A stretch of DNA of 63,963 nt, filler included, from Chiloscyllium plagiosum (lineage: Eukaryota), in assembly GCF_004010195.1 (NCBI RefSeq). It is 5 parts of one record of this genome, joined end to end, with 100 filler letters (N's around TTAATTAATTAA, not from the genome) between each part and the next. Parts side by side here need not be neighbours in the genome. Positions count along the whole stretch, not along the records: positions 48,144 to 53,656 come from NC_057716.1; positions 53,757 to 59,326 come from NC_057716.1; positions 59,427 to 63,963 come from NC_057716.1; 2 more parts are not named here. One strand, 5' to 3'. The position numbers and the translations under genes are program-made. Numbering within the stretch: position 1 is the stretch's first letter; every line of letters starts with the position of its first letter. The notes beneath the pieces are model-generated. The model searched no databases and was not told where the DNA came from. It saw nothing but the letters and a program-made list of their open reading frames with translations. Positions 50,430-61,170 of this stretch are shown in pieces.

Positions 50430-51330
50430 AGGATGAGAAGGTAAAGGAGTACGCAGTGCAAACAGCAGCAGAGGCCTAAGGCCAAAGGGGCTCCAGTTGT
50501 GGAGGAACAAGCAGTACCTGAAGAGGGCACCCAGAGACTTCTGTGTCAAAGAATACCTATTGTGTGGAAGCAGGCTATTAGGCCCATTGAGTCCACATCG
50601 ACCCTCCAAACAGCATCCCACCCAGACCCACTCCATCCCTGAAACCCTGCAATTCCTATCGCTAATGTACCTAGCCTGCACAACCTTGGACACTTTGGAC
50701 AACTTGGCATGGCCATGCTACCTAATCTGCGCATCTTTGGGTTGTGAGACAAAATTGGATCATCCTGAAGAAACCCACACAGACATGGGGTGAATGCTCA
50801 GACTCCACACAGACAGTTGCTCAAGGCTGGAATTACACTCAGGTCCCTAGCACTGTAAGGCAGCAGTGCTAACCCTTGAGCCACCATGTCCTCAAGCAGC
50901 TTACTACAAGAGGGTCTATCCAAGATGTTACAGATAGCTGCAGATCAGCAACGGCCAATGATAGAATTTTCACATGACCAGGACACCACCACCTACATCG
51001 GGCACCTGCGGGAGGAGGATCTGCAACCACATGGACTGGGAGGAAGTGCAGTCTCTGTGTCGCTGAAGATCTCTGTGGGATTCCTCACTTCTATTGTTTT
51101 TCAAGCTCCAACTGGGCACATCTCCCAGTTGGGGAGAAAGTGAGGTCTGCAGATGCTGGAGATCAAAGTTGAAACTTTATTGCTGGAACAGCACAGCAGG
51201 TCAGGCAGCATCCAGGGAACAGGAGATTCGACGTTTCGGGCACAGGCCCTTCTTCAGCACATCTCCCAGTTGGCCATCAAGAAGTGGCTTCAGGAAGCAC
51301 ATCTGCTTGTGCAGTTCATCATGTCTCCTG
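50430..51330 (+). mobile_element. PIF/Harbinger transposase (HARBI1-like) N-terminal remnant, split by a SINE (50553-50887) and a PLE insert (51133-51256)
   Basis: RVYPRCYRxLQIS..TYIGHLREEDLQPHGLGGSAVSVSLKISVGFLTSIVFQAPTGHISQL|AIKKWLQEA..QFI resembles the HTH region of HARBI1-type nucleases. Confidence 0.65.
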
Positions 51331-51332
51331 GG

Positions 51333-53500
51333 TGGAGCTGAGAAATAAGAAGAGTGCAGTTAGAATGTTGGGGCTGTATTACAGGCCTCCCAACAGTGAG
51401 CATGAGGTAGAAGATCAAATAGGTAAACAGATAATGGAAAGATGTAGAGGCAATAGGGTAGTGGTGATGGGAGATTTTAATTTTCCCAACATTGACTGGG
51501 ATACACTTAGCGTCAGAGGTCTGGATGGGGTAGAATTTGTAAGAAGCGTCCAGGAGAGTTTTCTAGAGCAGTATGTCAATAATCCGACGAGGGAAGGGGC
51601 CATATTGGACCTGGTACTGGTGGTCGAAGTTGCGGTGGGGGATTTCTTTGGGAACAGTGACTACAATTCTGTAAGTTTTAGAATACTCATAGATAAAGAA
51701 GAGAGTGGTCCTAAGGGAAGAGGTTCTGGATCAGTGGTGCTGGAAGAGCACAGCAATTCAGGCAGCATCCGAGTACTAAATTGGGCCAAGGCTAATTATA
51801 TCAAAATTAGGCAGGAACTCGGAAATGTGGATTGGACACAGCTATTTGAAGGGAAGTCCACATTTGAGATGTGGGAGGCTTTCAAAGATAGGTTAAAGAT
51901 AGTGCAGGGTAGGCATGTCTGTTTGAAGACAAAGGATAGGAAGGGCAAGATTCCTGAACCGTGGATGACAGGAGAAATTGTAAGACTAGCCAAGAGGAAA
52001 AGGGAAGCGTACTTAAGGTCCAGGTAGTTAAGAACAGAACGGGCCCTGGAGGAATATCAGAAGAGTAGGACAAGTCTTAAATGAGGAATCAAGTGGGCTA
52101 AAAGGGGTCATGAAACAGCTTTAGTGAGCAGAATTAAGGAGAATCCCAAAGCATTTTATTCTTATACAAGAAGCAAGCAGGTAACTAGAGAAAGGATTGG
52201 TCCACTAAAGGATAATGAAGGAAGGATCTGTGTCAAACCTGAGAGAATGGGTGAGATTCTGAATGATTACTTTGTATCAGTATTCACTGAGGAGAGGAAC
52301 ATGATGAATATTGAGATTAGAGATAGAAGTTTGATTAGTCTGGATCATGTTGACATCATTAGGGAAGATATGTTGGGTAGGCTAGAGGTTTTTAAGGTGG
52401 ACAAATCCCCAGGACCGGATGGAATCTATCCCAGGTTGCTGAGGGAGGCGATAGAGGAATTAGCTGGGGCCCTGACAGATATCTTTTGGCATCCTTAAAT
52501 ACAGGATGAGTGGCGGGTTGCTCATGTTGCCCCCAGTACAAGAAGGGTAGTAGGGATATTCTGGGTAACTACAGAGCAGTGAACCTGACGTCAGTGGTGG
52601 GAAAGTTGCTGGAGAAGGTACTGAGGGATAGGATCTATTTATATTTAGAAAAGAATGGGCTTATCAGTGATGGGCAACATGGTTTTGTGCAGGGGAGATC
52701 TTGCCTTACCAACAATATATTCCAAGTGTGGTCTCACCAGAGTTTTGTAGAGCTGCAGCAAAGCCCCACGGCTCTTAAACACGATCCCCCTGTAAATGGA
52801 AGCCAAAACACCATATGCTTTGTTAACAACCCTATCCATTTGGGTGGCAACTTTGAGGGATCTATGAGGGCACTGGAACCCCAAGATCCCACTGCTCCTC
52901 CACACTGCTAAGAATCCTGTCTTTAATCCTATATTCAGCATTCAAATTCAACCTTCCAAAATGCAACACTTCACATTTATCCAGGTTGAACTCTACTTGC
53001 CATTTCTCAGCCCAGCTCTGCATCCTGTCAATGTCAGGCTGCAGCCTACAACAGCCCTTGATACTATCAACGGCAGCTCCAACCTTTATGTCATTGGAAA
53101 ATTTACTAACCCACCCCTCAACCTCCTCATCCAAGTCATTTATAAAAACTACAAAGGGCAGAGGCCCAAGAACAGAGCCCTGTAAGACACCACTCACTAC
53201 TGATCTCCAGGCAGAATACTTTCCATCTACAACCACTCTCTGCCTTCTGTCAGCCAACCAATTCTGAATTCAGAAAGCCAAATCCCCCCGTATCCCATAC
53301 CTCCTGACTTTCTGAATAAGTCTACAATGGGGAACGTTACCGAGTGCCTTGCTGAAGTCCATATACACCACATCCACCGCCTGACCTTCATCAACCTGTC
53401 TCATCACCTCCTCAAAGAACTCAATAACATTTGTGAGGCATGACCTGCCCCTCACAAAGCCATGCTGACTGCTTTAAATCATGCCATGCTTTTCGAAATA
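51333..53500. mobile_element. Two CR1 ORF2 fragments (plus 51333-52715, minus 52716-53500)
   Basis: Plus: GLYYRPP, MGDFNFP, PTREGAILDL, DKSPGPDGIYP. Minus: GRSCLTN, MDFSKA, QGSVLGP. Confidence 0.9.
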
Positions 53501-53514
53501 GTCGAAATAGTCGA

Positions 53515-54405
53515 ACGTCAGGCAGCATCCAGGGAACAGGAGAATCGACGTTTCGGGCATAAGCCCTTCTTCAGGAATGAGGAAAGTTTGTCCTGCAGGC
53601 TAAGATAAAAGGTAGGGAGGAGGGACTTGGGGGATGGGCGTCGGAAATGTGATAGGNNNNNNNNNNNNNNNNNNNNNNNNNNNNNNNNNNNNNNNNNNNN
53701 TTAATTAATTAANNNNNNNNNNNNNNNNNNNNNNNNNNNNNNNNNNNNNNNNNNNNGGGTTGATTGGTGCGGGTGTCCCGGAGATGTTCCCTGAAGCGCT
53801 CTGCAAGGAGGCATCCAGTCTCCCCAGTGTAGAGGAGACCGCATCGGGAGCAACGGATACAGTAAATGACATTGGTGGATGTGCAGGTGAAACTTTGGCA
53901 GATGTGGAGGCTCCTTTGGGGTCTTGGATGGTGGTGAGAGAGGAGGTGTGCGCGCAGGTTTTGCAATTCCTGCCGTGGCAGGGGAGGGTGCTAGGAAGGG
54001 AGGGTGGGTTGTTGGGGGGCGTGGACCTGACCAGGTAGTCATGGAGGGAACGGTCTTTGCAGAAAGTGGAAAGGGGTGGGGAGGGAAATATATCCCTGGT
54101 GATGGGGTCCGTTTGGAGGTGGCAGAAATGTCGGCGGATGATATGGTTAATGCGAAGGTTGGCAGGGTGGAAAGTGAGAACCAGGGGGGTCTGTCCTTGT
54201 TATGGTTGGAGGGGTGGGGTTTGAGGGCGGAGGTGCAGGATGTGGATTAGATGCGTTAGAGGGCATCTTCAATCACATGAGAAGGGAAATTGCGATCTCT
54301 AAAGAAGGAGGCCATCTGATGTGTTCTGTGGTAGAACTGGTCCTCCTGGGAGCAGATACGGCAGAGGCAGAGGAATTGGGAATACGGGATGGCATTTTTG
54401 CAGGA
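53515..54405 (-). mobile_element. Penelope-like element: GIY-YIG endonuclease region plus terminal repeat with hammerhead
   Basis: PCHGRNCKTC linker and FTCTSTNVIYCIRCSRCGLLYTGETG..ERFREH GIY-YIG motifs. After the gap, a family-A repeat with an intact core at 53543-53578 lies on the same strand. Confidence 0.88.
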
Positions 54406-56722
54406 TGGCCGGATGGTCTACTCCTGCTCCATTTCTTATGTTCTTATGTTCTTACCAAGAACATCAGCTTCAAATGAACAAAATTCCAAGCTAGCAACCA
54501 GCCAACAATAAAGATTTACATTTATGCAGCACTTTATATATAGAACACTGATCATACCTTATGCTTCACTGACATGTTAGGAGCCAGATCTGTCAGTGTC
54601 CCATTTCACCTGAAAAAAGGACAATGCTTTGCATTGTCCAAAAGCTTGTGATTTTAATGAACCCATTGGACTATAGCCAGGTGTCGACTGACTTCTGACA
54701 GTGTCCAACATAGATGAATATTAGGGCTGGTGGCCGAGTGATCAACAAGAAAAGCTTTAGAAGCATATTCAGGAATGAGAGAGATTAGTTGAGAAAAGGA
54801 ATTTGACATTTTCGGGCCATGATAAATGATGGTACATAGATGTCTAATCAAATTCAACACATTGACAGAAAGCCAATGGAGAACTACAAGTGAACTGTTT
54901 AAATATGCTGGATGAATGGCAAGTTGTGCCAAATGTAAAGTTCTTTGCAAATTTACAGCCACAGAAATTGGAAAACCCAATATAAGCAATTTCTTTTGAA
55001 GAGGTGCTCTTGTTATTTGTAGGATTGGATTTTGTTGCATTGAAGAGTCTGGACAGCAATGCAGGTTGTTGGTGAACTATCCCAATGATGAGTGTCTGTT
55101 TCACATCTCTCTAAATTTCTTCTGCAGACTCAGGGTAATTAGCTCGATAAAACTAAAATAGGTTATACAAATTTGTGGTACCATGACATGTTCAGAACCT
55201 GCATAATCTTTGATATGTATGGTACTTATGCAATGTAAACTGAACACTGGATGACTCTGATTAGAACAACTATACCACAGACATTTTTCCCTAACATCTT
55301 TTCTACTTTTTTTCATACGATGCAAATTCCATCAAGGTTTTGGAAATAAAAGCAGTTAATTGTTATGCCAATTAGAGATTTTTTTTCTTGAAGATAACAA
55401 CCTTGACCAAAGCTTGGAAGGAGCATGCTTCTGGGTCCTTCTTCAGATTGCCACCATTGTAGCTCGCAGCCTCGTTCCTTTCATTAGAAGTTCTCTCTGT
55501 GACATATCCAGCACGTCACCTTGCCTAACCTCCTTGATTGTTCAAGGAACTGAGAGAATGGATGCCAATTAGTAATTCAAGTGTCTGACACAGAAAAGTA
55601 ACCCATTGGACTCACAGGAGTTAAGGGCAACAAATGTCACTCATTCCTTCTTCACATATTTATATTTCAATATAATTAATTCTGTAAGATTTTGCATTCT
55701 GGGGAAAGAAAGGCCCATTTTTTTCTTGCAAAACTGAATTGGTTATTGTCTACAGTGACTAAAATCCTCAAACCTTTGTTTTTCCTTCTCATCAATAACT
55801 CTCAATTACCTTATATCTTGACTCCCCAGGACTTGTCTTTTTATATGCTAAAAAAGGAAATGACTTACTTTTACTCCACTACATTTCTTTTTATTTATAT
55901 TCTCACAGTTAGTCACTGATGATCATTGATGGCATCACAGAATGAGCCTTGTCTCCTTGCTGAGTTTAACAATTCATCATTCTTGCCTTGGAAGACCTTT
56001 ATAGGATGACAGCGTCAAATAGATTCTTTTCAAAATGTTTCCTCATGGCTTAATCTGATGTTCAATGGGTTTTCTTCTAAGAAATGTTGCTCTGGCTATG
56101 TAATTCCTTGCTAGACTGCCAACTGAAGCTTCTGAAAATTTCACTTTATCTTACATCATTTCTAATCCAGTGACCCTAATTATTTCCAGTAATGGGTTAA
56201 AAGTGATAATAAAAAAAATCTCTCTGGATACAGGAAAAGAAACAGAACTTTAAAAGTGACATTTGGAAAATAAAATGTCAGTATGTCAACCATTTTGTCA
56301 GAGCTGAAAAGGAGCACGGATGACTTCACGAGGGAAGTAGAAGGCAGTAGAAACAGGGATCTGACGAAGGCGATGTTGGATGGTGGGTGGCACAGAATGG
56401 TTATTGAAGGACTGCAATGGATGGACGAGGATGGCACAATGGGGCAACACAGTGTGGCATACCATGTGTGGCATATCACAATGTGGTATACCATGACAGT
56501 AAATAGTGAACAGAACTGGAGAAATGGAAATAAAATTTGCTCTGGAGGATACGAGACGCCTGTGGTATGATACAATGAGAAAGCCCACTAGGCCTCATAG
56601 CGGAAATACTGCCAAAAAACTCAGACTTAGCCAAAAAAAAGTAAGCTTGAGCCGAGAGTCTTTGAGGAGGTCCAAATGTTAGGTTTCGCTCCCATTCTGA
56701 CATTTGCCCTGAAACAGTAGAC

Positions 56723-57200
56723 ATGGGGAAATTGTCACCCTGCTTGACAGAGAAGGATCTCAAGATCCTCCTGGGTGGGATGATGCATTGGTAAGACTTT
56801 GTCATCACACAAGACCAGCAGTTAAACCATGACATCAAATCAGGTCAATGCATTGTCAGCCTTCTGAAGGAATGTCCAACAATGACATCTTCCACTGTGG
56901 CAGTGCAAGTGCTACCATGTTCTCTCCAATAATTCCCACTCTATCTCTGCTACCCATCTCTCATCAAGAATCATGCTCTACCCCTCTTATTACTGGCTGC
57001 AGCATCTTCTCTCATTTGCTCTTACCCAATCCATCCCCAACAGCATTAACACCTCGATTCCCTCTGTGCTGCTGGCTCACTCGCTCAGGACACCCCTCCA
57101 ACTGTACCAGCAAGGACAGCTGTACCAGCCACTTCCATCTCACCTGCCTCTCTCACATTCCAGGAGAAAAGCAGCCTCCAGGCGGGAATAAAGTGTCAAA
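56723..57200 (+). mobile_element. Possible Harbinger-associated Myb/SANT-like ORF remnant
   Basis: MGKLSPCLTEKDLKILLGGM..QVNALSAFxRNVQQ..NDIFH, then a pyrimidine-rich spacer ending TTCCAG|GAGAAA. Heavily degraded. Confidence 0.4.
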
Positions 57201-58604
57201 GCAGCTCCCAATAAGTCACATTGGCTCAGATCGAGTGAACGCCGCGACAGTGGGTGAAGAACCTGGACGTTGATGCAGCTGTGCCCAGTCCATAAATGGG
57301 TTTGTGTCCCTTTGCTCAAAGTGTCCTGACTGTAGCATTACAATGGTGGTTGCCAGTGTACCCAGGTACTGTATTGAAGCATCCTGTCAGTGGATGGAGA
57401 TGTGTGTATCAGATGTTAATATTTATGTACATAGGAAGAGTGTAGCTTTAGTCCATGGATTATTTCCTGAGGTGTTGGCACCCAATCTGCAACATGGAGG
57501 TCCTTTGGAGCAAACAGCGAACTGAATTCAACATGTACCCACTCTGAAGTAGTGATGGCTTCAGCATCAGTGACTTGGTGGGTCCATTTTATGGCAATGG
57601 CCGCAATGCAGTGGCTTTGGTGTTGGCTTCAACAGTAGCAGCACAATGGGTCTGCTGTGGAAATCCTTGCTTCGGCACCCTCAGGGGCAGTTTTGGCAGC
57701 GACAGACCATCGCCACTTCAGAAACCCAGGAGTCAGGTAGGGAACAAAAGATGAACTTTGTCTTAACTTTGTCTCAATTATTTCTTTTGTTGTAATTTCT
57801 GTAATTAAAATGGTGCTGAGTTGTGCCAAATCATACACATCCCATGTTATTTTCAAAAACACAAGTGACAATTCTGTTCTATTCCATCTTCATTTACTGA
57901 TCTTGTTCAAAGTGCTTTCCTGTTATTTATTATCCATGTGAAATAATAGATTTAAGCTCTGGACTTGCATTGAATCTATTTCAAGACGTATTTTCAGACT
58001 AATTCTGCTGTGTTCAAGGTGCAGCTGAAGAAGATTTGGTTAATCAGATCTTGGATAACAACCAAGTGCATTAATACCAAATCCAAGAAGTGATAAATTA
58101 GCTTCAGGAGGCTGTCTCACTTTTGTTATAGTTCAAAGAATCCACAAAATAACAATTTATGGAGGCTTACTTGAGGAAAAAAAATTAGTAGATCAGCCTA
58201 TTAAATATGCCCTCTCCCTTGTAATCCACTCTGCTAGAATTTAAAAAATAGCCATGTTGACACTTGAATCTTCAAGCTAATGCCAATAACAAAATATAGC
58301 AAAGGATGGTTGAGCTGCAGAAAAACTGTGGTATGCTGATTATGCCCACACATCATGTTTGACAACTGCAACTTAGTACAGCTGCAGCTTCTGAGCTTTG
58401 ACCTATCACAATAAACTAGGTTTTTAACTATTTATAATGATCATTGAAATGTTTATCTGGAAGTTATTTGTTGTTAATACTTTGTACTCACAATTAGGAG
58501 CAAGATTATTATCTCAGAGGCAGGAATCAGGAGCTAGGAAATTCCCTAAAATCAGAATCCTGCTTTCTGACTAGCACACTAGCCACTTGCTAGCTACATT
58601 GGTG

Positions 58605-58835
58605 GGTGCATCGTGGCTCAGTGGTTAACATTGTTGTCTTACAGCACCAGGGACTTGGGTTCAATTCCAGCCTTGGGTAACTGTTGGTGTGGGTTTCTGC
58701 CAGAATGCTCATGTTTCCTCCCACAGTCTAAAGATGTGCAAGTTTGGTGGATTGGCTGTAGGTTATGGGCATAGGGTGGGATGCTATTCAAAGGGCTAAT
58801 GCAGTCTTCCTGGGCAAAAAAAAGCTCTCTTTCTA
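58605..58835 (+). mobile_element. Degraded HE1-type SINE
   Basis: tRNA head and partial V-domain. Confidence 0.75.
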
Positions 58836-59054
58836 TGATTTACATGCTTTCATTTCCATAGAGTTTACCCCTCAACCTGATAGCTTCCTCACATGCATTC
58901 CTATCACCCCGTAATAGCTGTGAACAGAAATCATGAGTCATAATGCAAGAGTGGCAAATATTTTGAGACAATACCAAATCTTCTAACATAGACATGCTTC
59001 AAAGTCCAATGTTTAAAAAAAAACACAATCCATTTAACTCTTCATGAGTCTCTT

Positions 59055-59950
59055 ATAGAACATAGAACAGTACAGCACAGAACAGGCCCTTCGGCCCACG
59101 ATGTTGTGCTGAACATTTGTCCTAGCTTAAGCACCCATCCATGTACCTATCCAATTGCTGCTTAAAGGTCAGCAAAGATTCTGACTCTACCACTCCCACA
59201 GGCAGCGCATTCCATGCCCCCACCACTCTCTGGGTAAAGAACCCACCCCTGACATCTCCCCTATACCTTCTACCCTTCACCTTAAATTTATGTCCCCTTG
59301 TAACACTCTCTTGTACCCGGGGAAAANNNNNNNNNNNNNNNNNNNNNNNNNNNNNNNNNNNNNNNNNNNNTTAATTAATTAANNNNNNNNNNNNNNNNNN
59401 NNNNNNNNNNNNNNNNNNNNNNNNNNAGTTATGGTCGCCCTACTATAGGAAAGATACAGAGGCTTTGGAGAGGGTGCAAAGAAGGTTTACCAGGATGCTG
59501 CCTGGACTGGAGGGCTTGTCTTATGAAGAAAGGTTGAATAGGCTCAGACTTTTCTCTCTGGAGAGAAGGTGGAAGAAAGGAGACCTGATAGTGATGTACA
59601 AAATAATGAGAGGAATAGATAGAGTCAATAGCCAAAGACTTCTCCCCAGGGCAGCGTTGACTGGTACGAGAAGTCATAGTTTGAAGATATTCGGAGGAAG
59701 GTATAAAGGAGACATCAGAGGCAGGTTCTTTATGCAGAGAGTTGTGAACGCAAGGAATGCATTACCAGCGGTGGTGGTGGAAGCAGAGTCATTACGGACA
59801 TTTAAGTGACTGCTGGACATGCACATGGATAGCAGTGAGTTGAGGCGTGCGTAGGTTGTTACTCTATTTTACATTTGGATTAAATCTCGGCACAACATCA
59901 TGGGCCAAAGGGCCTGTTCTGTGCTGTACTTTTCTATGTTCTATGTTCTA
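59055..59950. mobile_element. Two CR1 3' ends flanking an assembly gap (minus 59055-59325, plus 59427-59950)
   Basis: ERVQRRFTRMLPGL..KGDLIVMYKIMRG motif and (GTTCTAT)n tails. Confidence 0.9.
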
Positions 59951-60019
59951 ACACACTTATTTGGCACCCCATCTGCTATTGTCAACAATCATTCATTTAC
60001 TACCAATGCACATTTTCCC

Positions 60020-60365
60020 AGTGTGTACCATCAACAAGATACAAAGTAAATAAACCATCCAGGCTCTTTAAACAGTACTTTCCAAATCAAACCTTCTACC
60101 ATTTAAAAGAACAAAGGCAGAAGATGTATGGGAGCACCACTGCCTTCTGCAAGTTACACAACATGGAACTATATTGTCATTACTTTACTGCTGTGGGATC
60201 AAAACTCTACAGTTCCTTTGCTTGTAGCACTTTTAAAGTATCAACAAACATGGAGTGTAGTGACTCAAGAAGGTTGCTCAGCTCCACCTTTTCAAGGGTA
60301 GTTAGAGATGGCTAACAAATACTGGCCTAGCTCATCATGCCCACATCCCAGGAGCATATTAAAAA
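60020..60365 (+). mobile_element. Old CR1/L2-superfamily LINE 3' end
   Basis: CAGTGTGTACCATC..TCAAGGGTAGTTAGAGATGG..GCCCACATCCCA tail. The same tail appears at about 16495-16565 and 19500-19570. Confidence 0.6.
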
Positions 60366-60599
60366 CCTTTGAATTCCCAGTTCATTCCAACATGGGTTAG
60401 TCTGCAATTACATATAGCCAAACACAGTGCCTGATGTGCTTATCTGAACTTTCAATTATTGCTATTGTGTATAACCTTACCAGGTCAAGTAGAGAACACT
60501 ATTAGCAGCTTGAACTATGGCATTCATTCATGTTCATATATTGTATTTGTTTACTATCCAACTTTTTACTGAGTAAAACAAATTAAACTCCAAGGCACA

Positions 60600-61170
60600 G
60601 AGGCAATTGTAGTGGATGATCGCCAAAACCTCGAAATAAGTTTGAAGTAGTGTCTTAAAGGAGGGAATCAACAAGAAGAGTCAGAGAGGGTGGAGGAAAG
60701 GGATTCCCGAAGCATCTCGGCAGTTGAAAGCACTACCGTCAATTATGGAGCTATTAATGCTCAGGAGACAAGATTCAGATAAGCACAAAGAATTTTGGGG
60801 CTGGAGGATATCACAGAGCTAGGAAGGAGTGAGGCCATGAATGGGGAAGGATGGATTTGTAACCAGCGATGAGAATTTTAAACCATGACATTGCTTAAGG
60901 GCAAACCAGTGTAGGTCAGCGAGCACAAGATTGATGGAATTTACTGAGTTAGAACATGAGTCTGAAACCACCTCGTGGGTAGAACGTGAGAGGTCAGCTC
61001 AAAGCGCAGTGGGATAGCAGAGTCCACGCATAATGATAGCATGAATAAATCTGAGCCAAGACTAAGATGAGTGGGATTGGTGTTGGCCAATTTTACCAAG
61101 TTGAGAATTGGTGACCTCAGCCATGGTATGACAATGTAGCCAAATGCTTATTTCGTGTTCACATATGCCT
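60600..61170 (-). mobile_element. L2 LINE 3' region, old
   Basis: Purine-rich plus strand resembling the reverse complement of L2 ORF2 C-termini (GTCTTAAAGGAGG..GGGGCTGGAGGA..GATGAGAATTTTAAA). Confidence 0.55.

Noticed and set aside
52680..53500. Single CR1 with an internal inversion
   Set aside because: The overlapping GRSCLTN regions of the two arms differ substantially, indicating two independent copies.
54500..56600. Endogenous viral or host coding sequence in a repeat-poor region
   Set aside because: The frames I translated show frequent stops and no motif I can recognise with confidence.
6329..58835. tRNA-like A/B boxes in many places as tRNA genes
   Set aside because: They are the heads of HE1-type and other SINEs and are followed by SINE bodies.
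21018..59426. TTAATTAATTAA centred in four ~100-nt N runs (near 21061, 48088, 53701, 59371)
   Set aside because: An identical palindromic spacer with stops in all frames inside fixed-size gaps is a scaffolding artefact, not biology.
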